Assembly (NCBI GenBank): GCA_035626575.1
Contig: DASPNK010000456.1
Location: 1-30,660, forward strand
Source: Planctomycetota bacterium
Lineage (GTDB): Bacteria > Planctomycetota > GCA-002687715 > CAIWVZ01
Direction of reading: 5' to 3'
DNA: 30,660 nt
The notes under the pieces were generated by a model. It searched no databases, had not been told where the DNA came from, and saw only the letters and a list, made by a program, of their open reading frames with translations. Both the position numbers and the translations under genes were made by a program. This document shows positions 21,797 to 30,207 of this stretch, in pieces. Position 1 is the stretch's first letter; every line of letters starts with the position of its first letter.

Positions 21797-24379
21797 ATGC
21801 AACGTTGCACCCATTCCCGGGGCGTCTGGTTGGTGGTCGGGGCCCTCTCCCTGACGGCGGGTTGCTCGTCGTCGAAGTCCGAGGAGGCGCCCGCGACGCC
21901 CCCGGTCGACGCGGGCGCGACGCCCGCGGCGACCGCCGCTCCGCAGGACCCGGCCGCCACGCCGACCCCGCAGGACGTCGCCGAGCGTCAACGGCAGATC
22001 GACGCCAAGCGACGCGAACTGTCCAACGCCGCGGTGCGCACCGGCCGCGAGCTGGCCGCGCAGGGCCGCCTCGCCGAGGCGCGGCAGGAGTTCCTCAACG
22101 CGTACAGCCTCGACGTGACCAACCGCGACGCGCAGCTCGAACTCGACAGGATGAACGTCCTGCTCGGCCGCGAGACGACGGGCGCCACGCCCCAGGCGCG
22201 GGACGAATGGGGCGGCCGCCTCGCCAAACAGGACGCCGCGATGGTCGAAGCGAGGCACCACATGAGCCTCGGCCGTCAGGCCCGCGCCGAAGGCGACCAC
22301 GCGCGCGCCGTCGAGCACTTCTCGAAGGCCTACACGATCCTGAAGGCCAATCCGTCGTTCGACGCCGACTTCAACGAAGCGAGCGTCCGCGCCGCTCTCG
22401 ACCAGGCCCGCGCCGACCAGCAGGCGGCGGAGCGCGACGAGCGCCGCGCCAACGCGCAGCGCGCGGCCGACGTCGAGCGTCAGCGCGAGGAGGCCGAGCG
22501 CGCCCGCGTGCGCCGCATGGTCGACGAGACCTACCGCCAGGCGGTCGATCAGTTCCGCCGCGAGAAGTTCGCCGACGCGCAGCGCCTCGCCGACGAGGTG
22601 ATCCGCCTCGACTACCAGCACGCGCAGGCGAAGCGGCTGAAGGAAGAGGCGCGCCAGGCCGAGATCGACCAGCGCCGCGCCGAGAACATCGCCGCCCACC
22701 GCGAACAGTGGCAGCGCTTCATCGAAGAAGTGACCGAGGCCCGCATCCCGCTCACCGACGACGTGACGTACCCGTCGCTCGACAAGTGGAAGCAGATCTC
22801 CGATCGCGGCCCGATCGAGCTGAGCCCCGAAGACCTGCGCCCGTCGGAGCTGGATGAAGACGTCCGCCGTCGTCTCGCCGGCACCGTGCTGCGCTCGGTC
22901 GACTGGACCGACAAGCCGCTCGCCGACGCGATCAAGTTCATCCGCAACACGGCGGGCGTGAACATCGTCGTCGACGCGGCGGTGAACGAGAAGGTCCCGG
23001 AAGCCGATCGCATCCTTTCGTTGACCTTCGACCAGATTTCGGCGGAGAGCGCGCTCAAGCTCGCGGCCGAAAGCCTCAAGCTGAACTACATCGTCGACGG
23101 CGGCCTCGTGCGCATCACCACGCCCGAGGAGATGGCCAAGGTCAAGACGACGAACTTCTACTTCGTCGGCGACCTCACCGGCCGCATCATGAACTACCCG
23201 GGCACCGAGCTGAACCTGAACCCGTCGGGCTCGGCGCCGAACCTCGGCGTGCCGGAAGAAGACACCGAAGAGAACCGCCCGCTCGAAGCCGACAAGGTCA
23301 TCGACATCGTCAAGAACGCCGTCGACAAGGCTTCGTGGGACGACGGCTCGGGCAACTCGATCGTCGACAAGAACGGCACGCTCGTCGTCAAGCAGACGGC
23401 GGCGAACCACCGTGCGATCAAGAGCGTCCTCGCCGATCTCCGCAAGACGACCGGCCTGCAGGTGATGATCGAGAGCCGGTTCATCTCGGTCGAGAACAAC
23501 TTCCTCCAGGACATCGGCGTCGACTTCCGCGGCCTGGGCGACAACTCGGGCGGCGTCGGCCTGCCGGGCCCCGGCACCAGCGCGCCGTTCGACGACAACG
23601 GGCTCCCGGGCACGTCGTCCCCGCTCGGCAGCGACAACTCGGCCGGCTTCTTCTACTCGCGCGGCGCCGACGGCGACATCCGCGGGCGCGCCGAGAACGT
23701 CTTCAACTCGGCCCTCGGCAATCCGGACACGCTGACGAGCTCGGGCGGGTTCTCGCTCCAGTTCGCCTACCTCGACGACACGCAGGTCGAGGCGATCCTC
23801 CGCGCGGTCCAGAAGTACGAGCGGGTGAACACGGTGACGGCGCCGAAGCTGGTGGTGTCGAACACCCAGCGCGCGCACCTGCAGGTGATCAACCACATCG
23901 CCTACGTGAAGGACTTCGACGTCGAAATCGCGCAGGCGGCGGTCATCGCCGACCCGGTGGTCGACGTGATCAAGGAAGGCGTCATCCTCGACGTGCGCCC
24001 GACGGTCTCCAACGACCGCCGGTTCGTCACCCTCGAGCTGCGCCCGACCGTCGCGACCGTCCAGCGCCCGATCCGAACCTTCACCACGACCCTCGGCGTC
24101 GGCGCGGCCGTCACCTTCGAAGTGCCCGAACTCAAGAAGGAAAGCATCAAGACCACGGTCGTGATGCCCGACGGCGCGACCCTCCTCCTCGGCGGCATGA
24201 AGTTCTACGAGGAGCAGGACTACAACTCGGGGATCCCGGTCCTCAAAGACATCCCGATCCTCAGCTTCCTGTTCTCGCGCAACGGCAAGTACACGAGCCT
24301 TCGGGACCTCATCGTGTTGCTGAAGGTGCGGATCATCATCGCGAACGAGCTGGAGCCGGGGAGCCCCTCGAACGTCTGA
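21797..24379 (+). CDS. Lipoprotein secretin (PilQ/GspD-like) with N-terminal TPR/coiled-coil region, 860 aa
   Basis: Start moved to ATG 21797; lipobox LTAG-C23; QVMIESRFISV, APKLVVSNTQRA, EGVILDVRPTVS, TTVVMPDGATLLLGG, GIPVLKDIPILSFLF, LIVLLKVRII. Confidence 0.9.
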   Translation: MQRCTHSRGVWLVVGALSLTAGCSSSKSEEAPATPPVDAGATPAATAAPQDPAATPTPQDVAERQRQIDAKRRELSNAAVRTGRELAAQGRLAEARQEFLNAYSLDVTNRDAQLELDRMNVLLGRETTGATPQARDEWGGRLAKQDAAMVEARHHMSLGRQARAEGDHARAVEHFSKAYTILKANPSFDADFNEASVRAALDQARADQQAAERDERRANAQRAADVERQREEAERARVRRMVDETYRQAVDQFRREKFADAQRLADEVIRLDYQHAQAKRLKEEARQAEIDQRRAENIAAHREQWQRFIEEVTEARIPLTDDVTYPSLDKWKQISDRGPIELSPEDLRPSELDEDVRRRLAGTVLRSVDWTDKPLADAIKFIRNTAGVNIVVDAAVNEKVPEADRILSLTFDQISAESALKLAAESLKLNYIVDGGLVRITTPEEMAKVKTTNFYFVGDLTGRIMNYPGTELNLNPSGSAPNLGVPEEDTEENRPLEADKVIDIVKNAVDKASWDDGSGNSIVDKNGTLVVKQTAANHRAIKSVLADLRKTTGLQVMIESRFISVENNFLQDIGVDFRGLGDNSGGVGLPGPGTSAPFDDNGLPGTSSPLGSDNSAGFFYSRGADGDIRGRAENVFNSALGNPDTLTSSGGFSLQFAYLDDTQVEAILRAVQKYERVNTVTAPKLVVSNTQRAHLQVINHIAYVKDFDVEIAQAAVIADPVVDVIKEGVILDVRPTVSNDRRFVTLELRPTVATVQRPIRTFTTTLGVGAAVTFEVPELKKESIKTTVVMPDGATLLLGGMKFYEEQDYNSGIPVLKDIPILSFLFSRNGKYTSLRDLIVLLKVRIIIANELEPGSPSNV

Positions 24380-24402
24380 CGCTTCGCGGTTCGAGGCGCG
24401 GC

Positions 24403-24434
24403 GGGCGCGCTCCGGCCTCCGGTCGGGCGCGCCC
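24403..24434 (+). terminator. Hairpin after the secretin gene (possible weak terminator)
   Basis: GGGCGCGC (24403-24410) / GCGCGCCC (24427-24434); only a poor U-tract follows. Confidence 0.3.
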
Positions 24435-24546
24435 CTCGCCTTTCGGCCGCTTCCGTTGAACCGAGGTTGCGTTGCCGGCGTTCGTCTTGTTATTCAGCGG
24501 TCCGCCGGGTTCCCTCCTTCCCCGGCGTCGTACGACGGAACTCACC

Positions 24547-27500
24547 ATGCGTACGTCTCGACCCGGCTTCGGCCGGTGGTCGGCGGTTCTTCTCCTCGCC
24601 TGCTCCGCCGCCGTCGCGCAGTCCGCCTCGAAATACAGCGACTACGAATGGGCGGAGGCGCTGGCCGGTCCGCCCTTCGGCTTCGACGACATGGCCGAGG
24701 TCATCTTCACGAAGATGACCTCGGACGCGTCGCGGTCCGAAGTCGAGAAGCTGCAGGGGCGCATGGGCGTCGCCAACCTCAAGCGCAAGCAGGCGCGCAA
24801 CGCGACGGGGATCGACTCGAAGCTCAAGCTCTTCGACGAAGCCGTCAAGGCGATCAAAGAGGTCAAGAAGGAGTGGCCGGACAAGCAGAAGGACGAGTAC
24901 TTCGACGTCGTCTTCCGCGCGGTCGACTTCCTGCAGGACCGCGGCGAACTGGCGATGGAGTCGGCGCTCGATCCTGAAACCGACCCCTCGAAGGTCGACA
25001 GCCTCAAGCAGAAGGCCTCGAGCGATTTCACCGAAGCCAAGAACGACCTCGCGAGCATCCGCGAGCAGTTCAAGGACGCCAAGGAGGACGGCAGCGAGGC
25101 CGAAGTCGCCAAGTGGCGCCTCAAGAACCGCGCGTGGTTCACCTACTGCGTGATGCTCTACAGCGAGGCGATGGCCGCGAAGGACGGCTCGGTCCAGCAG
25201 GGGCAGAGCCTCTCCGAAGCCGCCAACCAGCTCGAGGAGTTCATCCTCCACAACGAGGATGACGAGAACGTCGAGAAGATGCTCGGCGCCCTCTACGGGC
25301 AGGTGTGGCGCGGCAAGGTGCTGCGCGCGTCGAAGAACATCCCCGAGGCGCTCACGTCTTTCGAAGGTCCCATCGCCGTCGTGCGCTGGGACAACAAGGC
25401 GCCGCTCGACGAGGTGACCCAGGGGCTGGTCGAGCTCGCGTACTTCGAGCTGCTCGACACGCTCAACGCCGAGCGCCGCTTCGACGATGCCCGCGTCAAG
25501 GGCGAGGAGCTCGAGGCGCGCGCGAAGCTGAAGCAGATGACCCTCGGCGTCCGCGGCCGCGCCGCGCGCGTCGAGTTCGCGCGGGCGTGCTTCGAAACCG
25601 GCGAGGTGAGCCGGGCGCTCGAGGTCGCCGGCGAAATCGCCCGCGACGGCAAGAACGACCCGTCGGGCCAGCGCGCGACCAAGCTGATCGCGCAGATCAT
25701 CTCGTCCACGCCCGACAAGTCGCAGTTCAGCCCCGTCGTCCTTCTGAACGCGGCGCGCGGCGCCTACGTCGACCGTGCGACCGACGCGACCAAGCGCGAA
25801 GAAGCGATCGTCTACTTCCGCATGGCGCTCCCGCTGCTCGGACAGATCAAGTCCGAGGCCGAACGCGTCCAGGCGGCCGCCGAAGCGTGGTTCAAGTACG
25901 GCTACTGCCTGATGGAGAAGGACCTCCTTCTCGAGGCGGCGAACGCGTTCGCCGAGGGCTACCGCACCACGTGGGGCGCCCGCAAGGAGCTCCTGCAGAA
26001 CGACGAGGGCAAACAGTACGCGGGCGAGCTGTTCACGCGGTGGAAGAAGACCGCCGAAGAGTTCCAGCGCCGCACCAAGTCGCCGCAGGCCCAGGCGATG
26101 CTCGACGAGTTCAGCCTCGCGTCGCGCAATATGCCGCCGCCCGATACGTTGGCCTTCAGCCCGGGCGACGCCGCCTTCGAAGAAGCCGCGAAGCTCGAGA
26201 AGGCGGGTAAGTTCCAGGAGGCCGCCGACAAGTACCAGGAGGTCTGCGGCAAGCCGCCGGAGTTCACCGACGGGCTCGGCGGCCGGTACAAGGAACGCGC
26301 CATCGTCAAGCTCGGCGTCTGCCGCATGCAGGTCGCCAAGCGCCTCGCCGACAAGCGAAACCCGGAGGCGGAAGGCGCGCTGAAGGCTGCCGTGGCGTCG
26401 CTCGACGGCTTCCTCAAGCGCGTCGAAGACCCGCGCTTCACGGAGACCGACCCGCTCAAGCTCGAAGAGCGGAAGGTGGCGCAGGCCGAAGCGCGCTGGC
26501 GCATCAGCGACGCGTACCTCTCGCTCGCCGAAATCGCCAAGGACGACGCCGCGAAGCGCGCGCATCTCGCCGCGGCGGTCAAGGCCGTCGAGGGTTTCGA
26601 AGCGACGTTTGCAGGACAGCAGAGCCTTGCGATGTTCGCCGTGGCCAACCGCGTCGAAGCGCTCATCGCGCTCGAGCAGCTTCCCAAGGCCGAGGAGGAA
26701 TACCTCGTCGTCAAGAAGCTCGGCGCCGATCACGCCAAGGTCGCCGAAACCGCGCAGCGCCTCGGCAAGGCCCTCCGCGACGGCGCGGAGGCGAAGAAGA
26801 AGGGCTTGGATCCGAAGATCCAGCAGATGCAGATCGACGCTCTGAAGCCCCAGTTCCTCCGCGCGGCGAGCTACTACCGGGAGTGGATCCGCAACCCCGG
26901 CGGCCAGGCGGCCAAGAAGTTCGACAACTGGAGCGCCGTCGCCTACTACTTCTTCGACGCCGGCGATATGGCGTCGGCGGCCGAGTTGTACCGCGCCGCG
27001 CTCGATCAGTTCGGCAACACGACGAAGGCCGATCCGGGGCAGCTGCAGGCGGCCCGCTACTACCTGCTGCGGGCGAACGACCAGATGGTCGACGAGCTCG
27101 TTTCGGAGCAGAAGGACCCGACGCGACTGCTCTCGGAGAACGCGCGACTCCTCAGCGACCACCTGATGAAGCCGACGCCGGAAGGCGCGGCGACGGCCGG
27201 CGGGAAGAAGTTCCAGTACCACCTCCAGCTCGACGTGCTGCGCATCGCCGGCCGCACGTGGGGCGGCTTCATGGTTCGCCGGGGCGGCGCCTGGGCGTAC
27301 CTGCCCGCGATGGGCGAGTACCAGAAGGCGCTGGAGGTCTGGAACGACATCTACAAGCGCGCGGAGCGCGGGTCCGACCTCGACTGGGAGTCGACCTTCT
27401 ACCGCTACTACCTGCTGCACAAGTTGAACCAGCTGAGCAACTCGAACCTCGACCAGGTGAAGAAGCTCTTCGCGACGCTTGCGGCGACGACGCAGCGCGA

Positions 27501-27555
27501 TTTCGGGGGACCGAAGTGGAAACCGTGGTTCGAGTGGCTCGAGCGGCAGCTCTGA
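24547..27555 (+). CDS. Large exported all-alpha TPR-like protein, 1002 aa
   Basis: Start ATG 24547; Sec signal (AVA-Q); repeated TPR-like helices (EAWFKYGYCL..LLEAANAFAEGY, AYYFFDAGDMASAAELYRAAL); strong host-like codon bias. Confidence 0.75.
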   Translation: MRTSRPGFGRWSAVLLLACSAAVAQSASKYSDYEWAEALAGPPFGFDDMAEVIFTKMTSDASRSEVEKLQGRMGVANLKRKQARNATGIDSKLKLFDEAVKAIKEVKKEWPDKQKDEYFDVVFRAVDFLQDRGELAMESALDPETDPSKVDSLKQKASSDFTEAKNDLASIREQFKDAKEDGSEAEVAKWRLKNRAWFTYCVMLYSEAMAAKDGSVQQGQSLSEAANQLEEFILHNEDDENVEKMLGALYGQVWRGKVLRASKNIPEALTSFEGPIAVVRWDNKAPLDEVTQGLVELAYFELLDTLNAERRFDDARVKGEELEARAKLKQMTLGVRGRAARVEFARACFETGEVSRALEVAGEIARDGKNDPSGQRATKLIAQIISSTPDKSQFSPVVLLNAARGAYVDRATDATKREEAIVYFRMALPLLGQIKSEAERVQAAAEAWFKYGYCLMEKDLLLEAANAFAEGYRTTWGARKELLQNDEGKQYAGELFTRWKKTAEEFQRRTKSPQAQAMLDEFSLASRNMPPPDTLAFSPGDAAFEEAAKLEKAGKFQEAADKYQEVCGKPPEFTDGLGGRYKERAIVKLGVCRMQVAKRLADKRNPEAEGALKAAVASLDGFLKRVEDPRFTETDPLKLEERKVAQAEARWRISDAYLSLAEIAKDDAAKRAHLAAAVKAVEGFEATFAGQQSLAMFAVANRVEALIALEQLPKAEEEYLVVKKLGADHAKVAETAQRLGKALRDGAEAKKKGLDPKIQQMQIDALKPQFLRAASYYREWIRNPGGQAAKKFDNWSAVAYYFFDAGDMASAAELYRAALDQFGNTTKADPGQLQAARYYLLRANDQMVDELVSEQKDPTRLLSENARLLSDHLMKPTPEGAATAGGKKFQYHLQLDVLRIAGRTWGGFMVRRGGAWAYLPAMGEYQKALEVWNDIYKRAERGSDLDWESTFYRYYLLHKLNQLSNSNLDQVKKLFATLAATTQRDFGGPKWKPWFEWLERQL

Positions 27556-27583
27556 TCAGGCGTCCGCCTCCGGGAGTGAACGC

Positions 27584-28729
27584 ATGAACGTTCGTTGGAC
27601 GCTGGTGTTCGCGGCGTGTGTCGCCGCGACCGCGGTCGCGCAGGACAAGAAGGACGCGGGCAAGAACGGCAAACCCGCCGACAAGGCCGCCGAGAAGGCG
27701 GCGCCGCGTCCGATCGACCGCGTCAACCGCACCGGCGGCAAGCCGTCGGTCAAAGGCACGGTCACGGCGGAGACCTGCGTCGAGGTGGTGATCCGTCGCG
27801 AGAACAACACCGAGGAGCGCATCCCGGTCGACGACGTGCTCTCGGTCGACCGCGGCGACGCGCCCGAAGCGTACCGTCGCGGCGTCGCCGCGTTCGGCGC
27901 CGGCGATTACCCGAACGCCGTCCAGCTGCTCACCCGCGCGCTCACCGAGAACGCCGACAAGGCGTGGCTCGGCGAGGCGGCGAACTTCTACCTCGGCGAA
28001 GCGTCGCGCCTGAGCGGCAAGCACGACGACGCCGTCAAGGCGTACGACGCGGTCGTCGCCGCCAAGGGCGATTCCCGGTTCCTCGCACCGGCTCGACTGG
28101 GCCAGGCTCGCGCGCAGATCGCCGCCTCCCGGTTCCCGGACGCCGAGAAGACCCTCAACGGGTTCCTCGCGGAGGCCGAGGCGAAGAAAATCCCGCGCCG
28201 CCACGTCCTCAAGGCCCGCGAGATGATCGGGAAGAACCTCGAAGCGCAGAACCGCTTCGGCGAAGCCGTCGGGGCCTACGACGCCGTCGTCCGGGAGGCC
28301 GGGAATCTCGCCAAAGACGACCCCGGCGTCGCCGAACGGATCCGGACCGCGCAGCGAGCCAAGGCGTCCTGTCTGATCCGCGAGAAGAAGTACGACGAGG
28401 CGGCGCGGCTGCTCGACGGCCTGGCCGCCGACAAGTCGCCGGCAGGGGAGGCCATGGCCCTCACCGGCCGCGGCGAATCCCTCCTGGCGCAGGGCAAGTT
28501 CGACGACGCCCGGGCGACGCTCGCCCGGGTGATCGGAGCGCGCTTCCATGACGACCACGAGCTCGCGCGCGCCATGCTGCTGATGGCGAAAACCCTGCTC
28601 GAAATCGACAAGGAAGGGAAGGACGCGTCCGCCGCGAAAACGGCGCAGTCCTACCTGACCGATCTGGTAGAACAACACGCCGCATCCGAGTTCTCCAAAG
28701 AGGCTCGAATGCTCAAAGACAAGCGGTAG
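27584..28729 (+). CDS. Exported TPR protein with small N-terminal beta-domain, 381 aa
   Basis: Start ATG 27584 with GGGAG SD; signal peptide AVA-Q; KGTVTAET..IPVDDVLSV beta-domain, then about 6-7 TPR motifs (ANFYLGEA, ARLGQARAQ, ALTGRGESLL). Confidence 0.8.
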   Translation: MNVRWTLVFAACVAATAVAQDKKDAGKNGKPADKAAEKAAPRPIDRVNRTGGKPSVKGTVTAETCVEVVIRRENNTEERIPVDDVLSVDRGDAPEAYRRGVAAFGAGDYPNAVQLLTRALTENADKAWLGEAANFYLGEASRLSGKHDDAVKAYDAVVAAKGDSRFLAPARLGQARAQIAASRFPDAEKTLNGFLAEAEAKKIPRRHVLKAREMIGKNLEAQNRFGEAVGAYDAVVREAGNLAKDDPGVAERIRTAQRAKASCLIREKKYDEAARLLDGLAADKSPAGEAMALTGRGESLLAQGKFDDARATLARVIGARFHDDHELARAMLLMAKTLLEIDKEGKDASAAKTAQSYLTDLVEQHAASEFSKEARMLKDKR

Positions 28730-28810
28730 GAACGCCGCGTCACTCGTTGGATGAGCGTCGGCCCCTCCCGACGCTAGAGCTGAAGCTCGGATCACAGGAA
28801 GCACCGAACC

Positions 28811-29515
28811 ATGACTCGATTCTTGACGACGGTCGCCGTGCTGGCGCTCTGCGTCGCGCCGATGACCGCCCAGTCCCAGGAAGGGCAATACAACAGCACC
28901 GCCAGCCTCCTCATCAACGGCGGCGGCGGCATCGGCTACGTCATCGTCCTCATGTCGGTCGTCGGCTTCGCGCTGATGATCGAAGCCGCGATCACCATCT
29001 CGCGCAAGAAGCTGGCGCCGCCGGAGATCATCGATCAGCTCCGGTCGCACCTCGAGAACAAGGACTTCCAGGCGGCCTTCGACCTCTGCGAGCAGAACCC
29101 CGGCTACGTGACGAACGTCATGCACGCCGCGCTGCCGAAGGTCGACCACGGCTTCGAAAAGATGGAGGAAGCCGCGGGCGGCGTCGCCGAAGAAGAGGCG
29201 ATCAAGCTGCACAGCAAGATCTCCTACATGTCCCTGCTCGGCTCGGTGTCCCCGCTGCTCGGCCTGTACGGCACGGTGTGGGGCATGATGATGGCGTTCG
29301 AAACCATCGAGAAGCAGGCGTCGCCGAAACCGTCCGAGCTGGCGTTGGGCATCAAGATCGCGCTCGTGACGACCTTCCAGGGTCTCTCGGTCGCCATCCC
29401 GCTGAACGTCGGGTTCTTCTTCTTCCGCAACCGCGTCGTCTCGCTGGTGCTGGAGATGGGCGCGCTGATCGAAGACCTGCTCGAGCCGTTCCGCCCGGCG
29501 CCGGGACAGGGCTGA
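28811..29515 (+). CDS. MotA/TolQ/ExbB proton-channel protein
   Basis: SPLLGLYGTVWGMMMAF and GIKIALVTTFQGLSVAIP, with both conserved Thr; N-terminal signal-like segment. Confidence 0.92.
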   Translation: MTRFLTTVAVLALCVAPMTAQSQEGQYNSTASLLINGGGGIGYVIVLMSVVGFALMIEAAITISRKKLAPPEIIDQLRSHLENKDFQAAFDLCEQNPGYVTNVMHAALPKVDHGFEKMEEAAGGVAEEEAIKLHSKISYMSLLGSVSPLLGLYGTVWGMMMAFETIEKQASPKPSELALGIKIALVTTFQGLSVAIPLNVGFFFFRNRVVSLVLEMGALIEDLLEPFRPAPGQG

Positions 29516-29540
29516 GAGACCGTCGATCCGAGCTCGGGTT

Positions 29541-29562
29541 CCCCGTCGCTCCTGCGACGGGG
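29541..29562 (+). other. 9-bp hairpin between exbB and the first exbD
   Basis: CCCCGTCGC-TCCT-GCGACGGGG; no U-tract. Confidence 0.55.
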
Positions 29563-29589
29563 GGCCGTGACACGTAACGAGGAGCCGCC

Positions 29590-30177
29590 ATGGCGCTCAA
29601 GAAGCACAGCACGCCGACCGGCGAGGCGAAGGTCGATCTGACGCCGATGATCGACGTCACCTTCCAGCTCATCATCTTCTTCGTGCTCGTCACCGACATG
29701 TCGCAGCGCGAGCTGGAAGTGCTTACGCTTCCCATGGCGCCGATCGCCGTCGAAGACGTGCCCGATCCGAAAGACGAACGCATCGTCGTCAACATCGTCG
29801 ACCTCGACAATCCGGAGGTCACGGGCAACAAGAACCTCCCGCCGATCTTCATCCAGGGCCGCCAGATGACGTCGCTGGAGGAGATGCGCAAGGTGCTGTT
29901 CCAGCGCGCCGACCCGCGCCGCTATCCCGACACGACGCGGCCTCCGGTCAGCCAACCGCCGAACGGACCGCTGATCTACCCCTCGTCGAAGCCGCTGCTC
30001 ATCCGCTGCGATCAGCACCAGGTGTTCGGCTGGGTGCAGGCGGTGATGCAGTACTGCAGCTTTGTTCCGGGCAACCCGCAGAACGAAGAGCTGGCGAACA
30101 GCCCGTTCATCTACAAGATCGAGATCGGCGCGCGTCGAAAGGACGCCTCCGAAGTGGACCCGGCGACCGGGAAGTGA
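29590..30177 (+). CDS. ExbD/TolR-family protein 1
   Basis: DLTPMIDVTFQLIIFFVL with the conserved TM Asp (D22); LLIRCD..VQAVM; SD GAGGAG. Confidence 0.9.
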   Translation: MALKKHSTPTGEAKVDLTPMIDVTFQLIIFFVLVTDMSQRELEVLTLPMAPIAVEDVPDPKDERIVVNIVDLDNPEVTGNKNLPPIFIQGRQMTSLEEMRKVLFQRADPRRYPDTTRPPVSQPPNGPLIYPSSKPLLIRCDQHQVFGWVQAVMQYCSFVPGNPQNEELANSPFIYKIEIGARRKDASEVDPATGK

Positions 30178-30207
30178 TCGCGTTCGGGAAAGCGAGGGAG
30201 CACGCAC

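Noticed and set aside
24467-24496. Promoter for the large TPR gene (TTGCGT-18-TATTCA with TG extension)
   Set aside because: The -10 lacks the conserved final T; too weak to report as a feature.
21701-27420. Very long antisense ORFs (731 aa at 21701-23896, 976 aa at 24490-27420; likewise 2938-5010, 6989-8497, 9283-12126, 27269-29212)
   Set aside because: Shadow ORFs: in high-GC genes TCA, CTA and TTA codons are rare, so the antisense frame stays open. No motifs, and the sense genes are clearly recognisable.
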